Source: Saccostrea cucullata (Eukaryota). From it: 64,000 nucleotides of DNA. Positions 26,973 through 39,800 of this stretch are shown here, in pieces. The position numbers and the translations under genes were made by a program. The stretch lies in assembly GCF_032062105.1 (NCBI RefSeq), contig NW_026921048.1, positions 62,001-126,000 on the forward strand. Direction: 5' to 3'. Positions within the stretch are counted from its first letter, which is position 1. The number at the start of each line of letters is the position of its first letter. The notes beneath the pieces were generated by a model. That model saw only the letters and a program-made list of their open reading frames with translations, was not told where the DNA came from and searched no databases.

Positions 26973-28746
26973 ATGAGAGTCAGGATGAAGAAGCTAACCT
27001 TAGGAAATTTCGTGCTAGCGGTGCTTTTCTCGCTAGCTGCTCTCTCTGTGTACTCCATGTGGAGCATTCCTGCCATTGAATCAAGTTTGTTGTTAATTAA
27101 CTTCTAACTACGGACTGTGAGACATTAACAATGCTGAAAGAAATTAAAAGATGACGGAAAGTTTCATTTGTATGCATTTTAATTTATATTCCATTTATCA
27201 AATAAGTGGAAATTTTAGCGAGAGGCAAATTTAGCGAATTGTCCCTAAAAATAAGTACATGTATTTTACTTTAAGCAAGTTGTAATTAGTGATTTTCAAA
27301 TACTCACTTAAGAAGCTATTAGAAATAAAATGCAATAAATTTTGAGCAATATTTAATTTTAGTGATCTCAACACCGTTGCTAATGTTACCGGGTTCACAT
27401 AGTAACAAGAAAGATTCGATGATGTTCTCAATCTTTTATGTAGCAATAACAAATGTTTGAAATAATTCCAAAAATAAAATCCTTGCTAAAAATTCTGCAT
27501 ATAACATGTATAAGGTATTTATTCCTTAAGTCCACAAAGTTAATAAAGTCTATACAATTGTAGTTTCATTTTAAAAAGAAGAATTCTCCATATCTTTCCA
27601 CAGGTAGAAAGCTAGTGGCAAGAAAAAACTTCAGGAATGTTCAGGTGATTTTTAAGATACAAAAACTTCCAGCTTGTTTTCAAAGATTTTAAAAGCAGAT
27701 AATTTTTTCATAAAGATTTTGCATTATATCCATTCATAGAGAAGGAAAAAAGTTGGACATGTAGGAGCACTAAAGTATATTTATGATATTATATTTTGTT
27801 TTTTTAGAAAGTCACTTTTTCGCACCCCAATGAACAGCCCCCTGGATCCGGGCTCAAGCAAATCGGAGAAAAAAATTTCGATTACAACCGAAAGGAACGT
27901 CTATACAACCTCCGCAAGAAATGCCAGCAAGCGGACGAAGCCAAACTTGTCAAAAAGGACATTCCCGCCAAGAAACTGGGTCACATTATAGTTAATGACC
28001 AGTATAAAGTTCTCTACTGTTACATACCAAAGGTTGCCTGCACTAATATGAAGCGGGTGTTCTTGATTCTGACTGGTAAAATGAACAGCACGAACCCACT
28101 AGCCCTGAAAAGTAAAGATGTCCATATGGCGTTCGATAAATATCTGACTTACCTGGATTCTTACTCCGAGGAGGAGGTTCAGGAGAAGTTAAAAACGTAC
28201 AAGAAACTGGTGTTTGTCAGGGAGCCATTAGAAAGACTACTGTCTGCATATCGGAATAAATTCACCGAGAAAAGCCCGTATTTCCATAAGAGGTTTGGAA
28301 GGAGGATTATTCGTAGATTTCGAGAAGGATCCAATAAGACCAAAGAAATTTTAGGGAATGATGTTACTTTCTTAGAATTTGTTAAGTATATTACAGATGA
28401 TGACACTATAGAAAGAGAAGGCTTTAATGAACACTGGGCCCAATATGTATCTCTGTGTCAGCCGTGTTATGTGCAATATGACTTCATAGGAAAATATGAA
28501 ACCATTGACGAAGATGTGAACTTTGTCTTAAAAGATCTGAAAATTGACCAACTGATTAAATTCCCAAAACGAAATGCCACATACAAGCGATCAAAGACCC
28601 AGGATCAGTTGGAGTCGTATTACAAGACAATCCCTAAAGATCTCCTGCAGAGACTGTGGAAGATTTACCACACAGATTACAGCCTCTTTGATTACCCCTA
28701 CCCAGGGGTCCTGGAGAAATTCCTCGCCCCCCAGGAGGAGGTCTAA
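26973..28746 (+). CDS. CHST11: Carbohydrate sulfotransferase 11-like (Sulfotransfer_2 family, Golgi type II membrane), 363 aa
   Basis: Exons 26973-27084 (MRVRMKKLTLGNFVLAVLFSLAALSVYSMW, TM anchor), 27604-27644 (41-nt micro-exon needed to restore frame) and 27808-28746; 1092 nt in total. 5'-PSB motif YCYIPKVACTNMKR, 3'-PB motif FVREPLERLLSAYRNK, plus NEHW..LCQPC..YDFIGKYET. Family is certain; exact orthology is not. Confidence 0.9.
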
Positions 28747-28792
28747 GTGCCAAAAACAGGAGGGACGGGAAAATCTTCCACAAATGAGCCAA

Positions 28793-28925
28793 CATTGAAT
28801 CACCCACTCCATATTATGTTTTCTTCCCCAACATTGAATTACCCACCTTGTATTTATTTTTTTTCCCAGCATTGAATTATCCACCTTGTATGGAGTTTTT
28901 TCTCCCAATATTAAATTACCCACCT
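28793..28925. repeat. ~40-bp tandem repeat in the sulfotransferase 3' UTR
   Basis: Four cca.cattgaatt.cccac-like units. Confidence 0.6.
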
Positions 28926-31285
28926 TATATAAATCTTCTTTTCCATCATTTTAGATTTTATTTACTGCTTTTTTGATTTTGATTTGTTGTTACACGTTAC
29001 ATGTATGTCCCTATTGGAAAGATTTTTTAAAAAGTACACATACCATGGTTTATATGTATTTTTTTATGAAAAGTTTTACTTACTTTGAAATCCAGTTGCT
29101 CAGACAATGGCCTATGTGCATTGTATTATTTATGTTAAAAATGAAAACAGACTTTTAAGTAATGATTTACAGTTTGTAATGCATCTAAAAAAAAGTATAT
29201 TACATGTATTACTTGTCTCAAGTTCAGAGAAAATTTTTGTTTAGTATCTTTTGGTTTCTTTTTTGTTAAGTGAAGGTGAAATTTAAATTTGATATGTAAA
29301 TGATTGATGGATAATAAATTTTACAGTATGACCATTTAATATAAGTTCAAGGGCAGAAGTAGATTTATTAGCAAGAAGTGAAGGCCAGTTGAGTTTGTTT
29401 CTTTTATATATATTGAAATTTTATGTTTGTGAGTCATTTTTTTTTTCCAAAATTTTCACAGCGAACGAAACATTTTTAATGAAAGATAGTCTTCAAGATT
29501 TAAAAAAGAAAAGAAAAAATTAATTTTACAAATAATGAAACATTTTGGTTCAACATGTTCAAATATAGCTTAAAATGTTCTTTTCTTTGAGGAGAGCATA
29601 AACTTAGATTTGGCTGTAAAATCAAAGTCTGTGTTTTTTTTTTGGTGTTGTAAATGCTTTGTTTAGTTCAATTATTTATAACATGACATGTATAAACAAA
29701 AATCTTTGTATAGGTTGTCTAGTCAAGTGAATCTTGTAATGTGAATGTGTTGTCCAAAGAATATTTTTTATTTATACCACATATTTTACAATCTACAAAT
29801 TTCTATAAGTTTAAAATTATTGTATAAAGTTTTATTTTGTTTGGGACATGATTGATTGTACAAGCATATTTCAAAAGACTGTATTTTTATTTAAATAAAA
29901 AACTAGATTTATACATACATATACAAATTGCCTTCATTGTACTGCATATAACATACTCACTGTTGTAATTTTTTTTTACACCAGCAGTTTATCAGTCAGA
30001 TCATGATAATATGAAGATCTTTCCATTATACAACTTATTGCAGTCCTGCACAGTACTAAGTACTTCCTGTTTAAATGGAAATGTGTTCATTTAGCTGCAA
30101 GTTCAATTCACCATCACTATATGCAATAATTCTTTATGGAATCCATTTGTATATCATGCAATATTTTGATTCTTTATATTTTGTTTTTACTGAAAGTATG
30201 TACAATGTTTAAATAATCCATATTTTTTGGAGCTATTTTATGAAATCCATGACAAAATATTATAAATAAATGTGATCTTAATTTATTAATAATTTTTCAG
30301 GGAACTAGACATCAATTAAAATAATAGCTATTTTTCAACCACGACATAAAATCCCCATGAACCTATATATTTTCCTCGAGCCATGAAATATTATGATTTT
30401 ATAATAGTCTAAAATACATGTACTAGAAGTTGCATTTTTTAAAATGGTGGTATACATCTTGAATATTGACAATTTTTATATCCTTTTATTGTTAAAACCA
30501 ATATGTGACATGTATGAATCTCTGACATCAGAATTCTGAGTGGTCAACAAATTGCCCACCAGATCCACTGTATATAAAATACATGTATATGATTTTCCTA
30601 GCCATAAATCATTATTATTTGGTAAAGAATAAATCAAAATAATGTAAAGGTCTTATATCTAATACAATGTAATGCATTTTGAGACAGAACTCTTCCATTT
30701 CAGGTGGTTTATATAGTCTATAAAGTATGATCATCACCCCAAATTTTCTTAATGAAGCTCTGAAATATTACTTTTATTTATTTTTAAAAAGGATAATGTA
30801 TACATTTTGATTTCCTAAAAATTAGGACAACATTTTTTTTTCTTAAAACTGATTATGATAAATAATCCAATCATTGACTTTTGCTCCCTACTCAAGTTGT
30901 GTATTTATTCTTTATTCTTTAAGATTTTTATTTTTCAATATTGTCTTCTTCAAAGAAGCTTTTTGCATGAGTATAATTTATGAATTGTTCTTATTTTTCT
31001 TTGATATACATGTGTACTATTGATCTTCATTTCCACTGTACACTGAATGTACTCTCTTTTATTTACTTATATTTACTTGTAAGATCACATTATTCTTCAA
31101 ATGTTTATTTTACTTCACTGGTCAATAAACATTTATTGCATTGTTTCTTCCTTCTTGATTTTGGTTTGCAAGTACTCATGTACTGATGTGGAATGTAAAT
31201 AACAAAAAATTGTACCATTAAAATGTCAACTTGCTGAAACCCTTACACTTACTGTTTATAAGTTAAGTGTGGCCAATGTTTTTTT

Positions 31286-31918
31286 TTTATACCCCCGCTC
31301 CGAAGGAGAGGGGGTATACTGTTTTACCCTTGTGTGTCTGTCTGTCTGTCTGTGTGTCCGTCCGTCCGTAACAAATTTTCGTCGCAGTTTTCTCAGCAAC
31401 TACTCATCATAGATGCTTGAAATTTTAACACAATCTTCTCTGAGGCATGTCATATGGTGGGATACATTTTTGCTAAAATCCGATATCAACTTCCTGTTTC
31501 TGCGTCTGTCCGTTTCATACATAACAAATTTTTGTCGCAGTTTTCTCAGCAACTACTCATCATAGATGCTTGAAAAATTTTAACATAATCTTCTCTAAGG
31601 TATGTCATATGTTGGGATACATTTTTGTTCAAATCGGATATCAACTTCCTGTTTGTCTTTGCATCTGTCCGTTTCATACATAACAAATCTTCGTCGCAGT
31701 TTTCTCATTAGCTATTCATAGCGGATGCTTGAAATTTTATTGCACTCTTTGTTGAGGCATGCCATATGGTGGGATTAATTTTGATATGAATCTGATGTCA
31801 ACTTCATATTTTTCTGTGCATCTGCCTGTAATTGAACTTGTGTATATTAACATGATAGTGCTTATTTACATCAGAGCGAAGGTATTACTAGTGAGCATTG
31901 GCTCACAGATTTCTTGTT
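31286..31918. mobile_element. HINE/Helentron-type non-autonomous element
   Basis: ttttatacccccgctcc..gggggtatac hairpin, a (TGTC/CGTC)n microsatellite, three ~150-bp units (aacaaat..tcgcagttttctca..gatgcttgaaa), a gtgagc..gctcac hairpin and a cttgtt end. Confidence 0.85.
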
Positions 31919-32038
31919 CATTAAAATAGAGCTACAGCAAACTCCAAGGTCAAGGTAAAAAACAAATGGTGCCCAAGGAAACATAAATCTTGGCACATGC
32001 AATGCATCATGTCATGTGAAATACAAGAGTTTGCACCC

Positions 32039-32831
32039 CATCGTCGCAAACCATGGCCAAAATGTACACTCCTCTCCCATTCTGGCAGTGGTTGAATGAG
32101 CAGAGAATTCTTTGTAGCTCATTAAAATATTGACCAATGCGAGTAAAGCATAGTCGGATGGTGAACTTTCCCTAACAAAAAAAATTATAGTTAACTATAG
32201 TTTACTAATCAAAGTTTTAGTAAAAGTTTTTCAAAGTGTCAAAGTTTTCGCCAAAGTTTTTCAAAGTATCAAAGTTTTCGTCAAAGTTTTTCAAAGTGTC
32301 AAAGTTTTTGCCAAAGTTTTTCAAAGTGTCAAAGTCTTCGCCAAAGTTTTTCAAAATGTCAAAGTTTTCGCCAAAGTTTTTCAAAGTGTCAAAGTTTTCG
32401 CCAAAGTTTTTCAAAGTATCAAAGTTTTCGTCAAAGTTTTTCAAAGTGTCAAAGTTTTTGCCAAAGTTTTTCAAAGTGTCAAAGTCTTTGCCAAAGTTTT
32501 TCAAAGTGTCAAAGTTTTCGCCAAAGTTTTTCAAAGTATCAAAGTTTTCGCCAAAGTTTTTTAAAGTGTCAAAGTTATCACTATAGTAAATCAAAGTTTT
32601 CAAAGTGTCAAAGTTATAACTAAAGTTAACTATAGTTAACTATAGTTAACTTTAGTATTTTTTGTTAGGGTTATCGCGACCTTTCAATATCCAATCGCAG
32701 TATAGGAAATATTTCTTGTATACTGTTGACATCAGTTGTTGATTTCGATTGCGATGGAAACAAAACTTGCCACTGACCAAATATGACGTCACAATAGAGA
32801 GGCGGACTCCGGACCATGGCTTGAGACGATG
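32039..32831. mobile_element. TIR element with ~9-bp TSD, host of a nested element
   Basis: tttgcaccc|catcgtcgcaaaccatggcc ... gaccatggcttgagacgatg|attgcaccc. Confidence 0.65.
32170..32670. mobile_element. CCC..GGG-ended (EnSpm/CACTA-like) MITE carrying a 30-bp minisatellite
   Basis: tt|ccctaacaaaaaa..atagttaactatag ... ctatagttaact..ttttttgttaggg|tt. Interior is ~12 copies of tcaaagtgtcaaagttttcgccaaagtttt, which has a 10-bp sub-period. Confidence 0.75.
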
Positions 32832-33548
32832 ATTGCACCCATCATCAAATGTTTTAATTTTTCAAAAGTACATGTGTACGTCTAACTCCATGGTCAAGGT
32901 TAAAAAGTAAAATCAATTGAAACATAAAGAATGGTCTTGTCACTAGAAATACACCTTCGAAATATGAAACCTTAGGCCTATTCCTAACCATTCATAAATT
33001 ATGGTAAAGGTTAATGTTTATTTTAAAGTAGGAGAAACTATAAGTTCAAAAAACTAATATTATATAAATTGATGTTAATTTGGTTCCTTTAATACTTACC
33101 AACAAACAATATTGTGTAACTAAATTGATAATTGCTTTTCAACTGATTCAAGTTTACATTTCAAGGTTTCTCATTATCGAGTAATATACATATTTTACTG
33201 GTTTAAAATGGTTCATAATTGTTCAGTATTCCTTCATCATACATCATGTACATTGAATACCGATTTTTAAAAACCATTATAGCTAAAACATGAAACATCT
33301 ATTTAAACTTACAGTTACTAAAATATTGCTTTTAAGTTGTAATATTGGTAAAAATTGAAAAACAAAAATTTTGATATTTCAACATGGGTAACCATATAAA
33401 GATTTTTAAAGCTGATAGAAATCCACAAGCCAATGTATACATGTATATGTATAAATAACAAACGACAATAGAATGTTAACAATAAAATAAGCTGTTTACT
33501 CAATATAAACAATCAATGGTATAAATGACATTTCATACAATGTAATTC

Positions 33549-33841
33549 CACAGGTACTTGTGGACAGGACCCCTACCTTGAATTTTTTTTTTTTTTTACA
33601 TTTTGTATTTATTACACTTCCTTTTCAAATATACAATGCGAAAAAATGAGTTAAAACTCCAGATAACCGTTCCGTACAAAAGGGGTATTTTTTGTACGGA
33701 ACGGTTATCTGGAGTTTTAACTCATTTTTTCGCATTGTATATTTGAAAAGGAAGTGTAATAAATACAAAATGTAAAAAAAAATTCAAGGTAGGGGTCATA
33801 TATTGGGGGGGGGGGGGGGGTCCTGTCCACAAGTACTTGTG
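33549..33841. mobile_element. Palindromic hAT-like MITE with perfect 8-bp TSD
   Basis: tgtaattc|cacaggtacttgtggacaggacccc ... ggggtcctgtccacaagtacttgtg|tgtaattc. The inner arms are essentially perfect inverted repeats around ggggtatt. Confidence 0.9.
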
Positions 33842-34431
33842 TGTAATTCTAGAAAAACAAGTGTTCTAATATCAAATTTTGTCATTTTCTTTTTACATAT
33901 ATGTGAGGAATAAAAATAAAAATAGCAATCAAGCAAAAAGTTAATTGGTGCAATTCAGAAAACATTAGAGGTTGGCTCAGTCTTGAAATTGGTTCCAACA
34001 AAAAAAAATCTCAGTTCAGATCTCAGGCTCAAGTCGTAAAGATTTCTTGACAACTGAGATTTTCCTCATAGGCCCTGCTACCAACTCATTGTTATATGTT
34101 ACATTTTTCTGCACAGTTGATTCAAATTAACCTTTTAATTAATCATTTCGGAAATATTTTGCAAGTCTGAGTTTAAGACACTGTATTTGTTCGATGGCAC
34201 AGTTTGGCGGGGGAAAATTAAAATTTTCTGATAAATCTCAGTTTGGGTGAGAAAATCTCAGCATTGTTAACCCCGAATTTACGTATAATGGAGGAGAATG
34301 CATCCCCCTGTTGATTGACAAGACTTCATTCTTCACGTGCATGTCTTGGCATCGATGTGTCTGAAGAACCTTGATTGTGGACTGTTTGACGGGGTTATAC
34401 ACAAACATTGTACCGTAGATGAAGACTCAAG

Positions 34432-37180
34432 CTATCCGTTGTATGGGACAGGATCAAAATAACTACGAACTGTTTGCGTTCCAGGAGGCGCGGATCCCAA
34501 TGACCCTTCATAGGGTGGTGGACACACAGGGTTTGGAGCAGGCTGGTAGACCACGTTTCCATCAAATGTATTTTGAGCTGGAAAAAAAGAAATCAAAAAA
34601 TGCAGTCAATAAAACTGATATTTACTGATCTATCACGCGGCTTTCATTTCAAGAACTTTTGCTTACTGGATAACTAAAGTTAAATTGTTTTCATATCCCT
34701 TGATTTCACCCATTTCTTATATGCTAAATAACTTTTAATTTTTTGTAAATTTTAGATTTAAAAACATCATCTAGAGTATACTTCTAGTAAAAATATTTGA
34801 ATAGAATAATCCATTACAAATATGGGGTAGAACATGTATAAGTCTTAAGAAAATAATTTTAAAAAGTAAGATATGAGTACTAGTACTTGAATTGATGTTA
34901 GGTTGGATTGGTCTGACAATCACGTTTCCGTCATTTTTCTTCTTGCAGACTTTAACATATATAATCACCACGATGCACACAAGGATCACAAGTCCTACGA
35001 TACCTCCAATGACAGCTCCAGTGATCACCCCGGTGGACGCAGAACTGCAACAAATTAAATGACAGTAAAAAATTTTCTACTGAACCATCAGTTAACTGCT
35101 TCAGTTATTTTCCCTTCTACTGAAAATGTATGAATCGTATCAAATCAGAAATACAAAGAACAGAAAACATGCTCAAAGTCCAATATAATAGTTCGAATTG
35201 GAACACAGAATTTTAAAAAAATATTTAGAAGTGGGATCAGGCGTCATGGAGGTTCAAGTTTCCCCTGTCGACTGGTCATCTGTCACGTGCTTCTTGTCAT
35301 GATAGAGAAATCCGGAAACAATTCAGCATGTGAATTGGACTATCAATTTGTATGTTAAATGTCATTCAGCATTTGACTCAGTGATAGATTGTACTTTTTT
35401 GACAAACTCATTAAATTGACAAGACCATAGAACTTTGAATTTTTGATATTCTTACATGTATTTCTAAATTGGTTGCCTCGTTTTACAAATTGTTTATTTT
35501 CTTCCGAGAGATGGACAGACGAATACGATTTAATGCACCCTCACTTTTTCACTCAATATACATTGTTTTGTTATATTTCAACTACTGCGGTAGCCTAGCC
35601 AGATCACTAGTGCCCTGTTCACAAGGAGAGTTTAATTCGCAGTAAATTATGCCCTGTTCACACGACGAGTTTAATTCGCAGTAAATTAATGTGAAGTGAA
35701 CTAATGCAAATCAAACTAATGCGAATTAAATTTCGTTCACACGACAGCTAATGCGAAGTAAACTAATGCGCATTAAAATAATTATTTTTACTTCTGCAGC
35801 TCGGCGTCAGCACGGCTATTATTACGTCATTAGCAAATCACGTAACCTTATGCAGAAGCAGATCCTTTTGACATAATGGCAAAGTGTTTCTATACACATA
35901 TTAAAGATTAACAAAATTTTCCTTAGTTTTTCACTCAAAAATAACACAGATAACTGTACCTATAGCTGACCACCGACAAGTGGCATTTGACTAAATTTTG
36001 CCATTACACATGCGTCAGAATTTAATTTGAATTAGCTTGGCTTAGCGTTCACACGGAGCTAATGCGAAGTAATTTAATGCGCAGTAAATTAATTCGAATT
36101 AAACTAATTCGCATTAAATTCTCCGTGTGAACGCTAAGCGAAGCTAATTCGCAGTAACTTTATGTTTAATTCGAATTAAACTCTCTGTGTGAACAGGACA
36201 TAGGATTACATAAATAATACTGCAGTGTTATTTGTTGCTCATTTCTGATGACTATTCAAAACATCATAAAACACAAGCAGAAAACTTTGCAATTTCTTCA
36301 CATTATGTCAAAATTATTTTGTCTGTAGGCATTGCAGTGATATCTTAGGTCGACAAGTGCGAAATAAAAAAAATTAAGATTTTCTAATTTGTTGAGAAAT
36401 CTTAGTAATTTGAAACTTTTGTCTTGACAATTTCATAATTTATACTCAATAATTTGTCCATTATTTTTTTTCAGTCTGAGACATTTTTAGCATTTTTAGA
36501 CAAAAACATTTGTACAATTTGGCATGATTCCATGAAAAAATCATGGAAATTGAGTTAAAAATGACTCCACAACAAGTTTTTATGAAAATTGGTTTTTCAT
36601 TCCAACGTATAGGGTAAAATTAATACAATGATGACTCACTTGTGGCCCTAAACTGTACCTAGATGCAAGACCAGTTACACTTTTAATTTTAATTTTAAAT
36701 GCCTTACCTACTGTAACTGTTCTTGTAATAGGAATAGTAGATACAGTAATAGAACTTGTATCCGTTAACTGAATAGTAGGAGTAGCAGTAATTCCCACGT
36801 GCACATTGAACAGGACTGAAAACTAAAAAAACATATATTAATAAATATACAGGAAAAAACAAATATAAAAATATTAAGGTTATGATAAAAAGAATTTCAT
36901 GACAAGGAGCACACGGCGGGTGAGACCAGTCGACAGGGAATGCACCGTCACTACTCCATGGCATCTGATCCTACCTCTGATGTTTCGGAGGTCAATCCAT
37001 GTTTCCTCTGCTCCTGTTTTGTATTGATTTATTGACTTTTGAGCTTGAATACATTTATTTTTATAAATTTCATTTAAAGAAAAGAAAAAGAAAAGAAATA
37101 AAAATTTAAATAAACTCACACGTTAAAAGAAGAAATTTCAGAATGGTGAGCCATCGATTGGTGTTGCTATCGGTGTCCAT
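34432..37180 (-). CDS. Tyr-rich single-pass membrane protein A (CYYR1/Shisa-like), 159 aa
   Basis: Exons 37180-37120, 36822-36708, 35044-34887 and 34577-34432 (480 nt, GT-AG, frame kept). Signal peptide, ectodomain ARGNYCYSYYSVNGYKFYYCIYYSYYKNSY, TM GVITGAVIGGIVGLVILVCIVVIIY, VKVCKKK, cytoplasmic CPPPY. Confidence 0.8.
35170..35400 (-). mobile_element. Penelope-like element 3' end fragment
   Basis: Reverse complement carries tgaccagtcgacaggggaaac..cctccatgacgcctgatcccac, shared with the copies near 36910, 39650, 53285 and 13525. Confidence 0.6.
35650..36200. mobile_element. TIR MITE with duplicated left terminus (35611-35649)
   Basis: ta|tgccctgttcacacgacgagtttaattcg ... cgaattaaactctctgtgtgaacaggaca|ta, with internal taattcgcagtaaa/taatgcgaagtaa repeats. 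Confidence 0.75.
36890..37050 (+). mobile_element. Penelope-like element 3' end fragment (in intron 1 of Tyr-rich gene A)
   Basis: catgacaaggagcacacggcgggtgagaccagtcgacagggaatgc..ctccatggcatctgatcctacctctgatg. Confidence 0.65.
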
Positions 37181-37514
37181 GCCTTTTGATGATGATGTTG
37201 TTGTTGTTGCCTTTCTAAATGTCTTGTGTTGTTGTCTGATCCAAAAATACACATAAATGGTCTCAACAGAGGTCTTCCAAGAGATATGTGTTTTAAAATA
37301 CAGGACATAGATAAGAAGGATTTTAAATGCCTTCTACATATGGGTGCATATTACACAGTCAGATAATATTCAGCCAAGTACACAAGTTCTTATCCTTATC
37401 ATCTAAGTACACTGGTACTAAACTTTTTTTTTTTTTAGACATTATTTATCTCTTATATCATTTGAAAGACTATATGTTTTTTTGTTACTTTCATTTTTAT
37501 GGTGTAAAGAAAGT

Positions 37515-37666
37515 NNNNNNNNNNNNNNNNNNNNNNNNNNNNNNNNNNNNNNNNNNNNNNNNNNNNNNNNNNNNNNNNNNNNNNNNNNNNNNNNNNNNNN
37601 NNNNNNNNNNNNNNNNNNNNNNNNNNNNNNNNNNNNNNNNNNNNNNNNNNNNNNNNNNNNNNNNNN
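37515..37666. other. Assembly gap
   Basis: Run of N. Confidence 1.
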
Positions 37667-38678
37667 TTTCGTTTTGGCACCCACTTGATAAGATAGTATG
37701 TGCAGGAAAGTTGAAACATGAAACTTATACTTAATATTTTCTCAAATTAAATTGACATATTTATATATAAATATTCGTTAAAAGGCAGAACAAGTATTAC
37801 ACAGCCAATTGCTCCTACCTGAAACATTAAAATCAAGATAATATTAATTTATGTTAGATATGTAACGTTGATAACTTTTCAAGAACTTACATTTAATTAA
37901 CATGAAGATGAATTAAACTTACATTTAATTAACATGAAGATGAATTAGCATGAAAATCATACGCTGATTTTATGTTTATCCTTTTATTTTAACTTAACGT
38001 GATCCATTAATCATATCAATATCAATAGACATTAAATCAAAGTTAATTTAGGTCAACAATTAAGTTTTGCTCTTTTTTCAGTTTTAACAACAAGAGCAAT
38101 TAAAGAACAAAAATGAGCATTGCTATAACGATCAATGTTATGCAAGTTAATGCAATACTGAGTATGTTTTAATACGTAAGTATATTTATTTAAACAATAA
38201 AATGCTTTCTTTGTTTGTTGTTACTGGAATTAACTGAAGCAGCTGTTGCAGGAAAAAAAAATACATAACCCGCGTAAGCGGGTAATATAATTTTTTCTGC
38301 AATTTGTTTCGGGTCCTGTCGTTCATTGACTGGACTAATAGCTGCGACCGTTAATTCCAGTAATAACAAACAAAGAAAGACATTTTATTATTTATATTTA
38401 GGCTATATCTGTTTAAATAATCATTTGAAGTGGGATTAAAAAGATTAATTATTGTATTAATGATGCGAACGTCTTTATACATTTCATTGATGGAACAGCC
38501 ACTGAATAAGAAATCTGTACAGGCGACATGCCTAATGTAGTTCATGCATATATTAAATAAAGGAGAAACTATTCAGTAGATGTAAATATATATTTAATAC
38601 ACACTGATTATTTTCCTTTCATTGAACAAAAAATACCAGGAACGTATAGTTAATTCAAATATAATTTTTGACATTAAA

Positions 38679-38767
38679 TTAGAATACTGGAGGTCCTGGA
38701 TAAGGTGGCGGCAACACAGGGTTAGGACCATACTGGTAGATTATGCATTCATCATATATGTTTTGAC
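38679..38767 (-). CDS. Isolated paralogous terminal exon of the Tyr-rich PPxY gene family (alternative last exon or remnant)
   Basis: ttgtttgtgtttgcag|GT CAA AAC..: QNIYDECIIYQYGPNPVLPPPYPGPPVF*. Same phase as, and homologous to, exon 4 of genes A (QNTFDGNVVYQPAPNPVCPPPY) and B. Confidence 0.7.
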
Positions 38768-39269
38768 CTGCAAACACAAACAAATCGAAAATTAATGTAA
38801 AATTCATTGAAAATATGCACCAGATATACAGGTTTCATCATTGTACCATCACAAGATTAATAAGGATTGTTGAAGGAAGGTTGAATTTTGAGCATTATAG
38901 AATGTTTATAAATTCTTAATATTTTAGAAATTTGTGAAACACATAATTTACAACCTTAACAGGTCAGAAAATATTTATCAATCCATGCACCAATATTTCT
39001 GTTTGCCCTTAAAGCAATTGAATACAATATGCACAGAACACATAATTATAAAAAAGAAGTGTCTTGCAACACTCAAACTTAAGAAAGAACATGTAATGTG
39101 TTACCGAGAAATTTGAAATACATGTATTCAAATGAAATAGAGTAAGGTTTGATTACCTGAAATGATGTAAGACACGGTAAAACATACCACAGATTCTGAC
39201 ACATCTGTTTCATATTTTGATATTTTACTTTAAAAAGACGTTAATCTAACAACCAACCAAGCTCTATGA

Positions 39270-39800
39270 TATACCTGATGTTTTAAACTTTACAATCGTC
39301 AACTTCCCTTACTTATGCAGCAATATACCTTCATCACATGCATACGGAGTTTATATATCTCAGTTGATTCAACACGCAAGAACATGCTCTACCTATGAAC
39401 AATTTCTAAAACGGGGTAAATTAATAAACGTACAAGTTGATGAAACAAGAATATCGACAGTCTCGTTTAAATTCATCATTTCGTAAGTTGTATGGTCGAT
39501 ACAATGAACTTGTCAGCATACATAATTTGTCATTGAGTCAAATGCTACTGACATTTTTTCATACTAATTGCTAGTCCATTATTTATACATAAATTGACGA
39601 CGAATTTTTTTCGTTATTTTCCGATCATGACTAGGAGCATACATGTACGACGGGTTTGATCGGTTGGCAGGGAAGGCTCACTCCTCCATGGCACCCTATC
39701 CCACCTCTGATGTTTTGGAAGTCCGTGTTTGCTCTGCTCCTTAATTGTATTTTGTATTGTTTTATTTATTTTGATCTTGAATACTGTTTGTTATATCCAT
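39270..39800 (+). mobile_element. Decayed Penelope-like retroelement: RT C-terminus plus 3' end (probably C-terminal-RT, Naiad-type)
   Basis: Translates as NFTIVNFPYLCSNIPSSHAYGVYISQLIQHARTCSTYEQFLKRG..SSFRKLYGRYNELVS. The reading frame ends with no GIY-YIG domain after it and is followed by the conserved 3' motif. Clade assignment is from memory of PLE RT motifs. Confidence 0.7.

Noticed and set aside
32217-32603. Repeat-protein ORFs on both strands (FDTLKNFGEN / FSPKFFKVSK)
   Set aside because: Open frames arise from a stop-free 30-bp minisatellite inside a MITE; no splice or gene context.
39645-39720. Calling the Penelope-like 3' motif a hammerhead, HDV or twister ribozyme, or a SECIS
   Set aside because: I could not fit the complete catalytic consensus or helices by eye; kept only as an untyped candidate structure.
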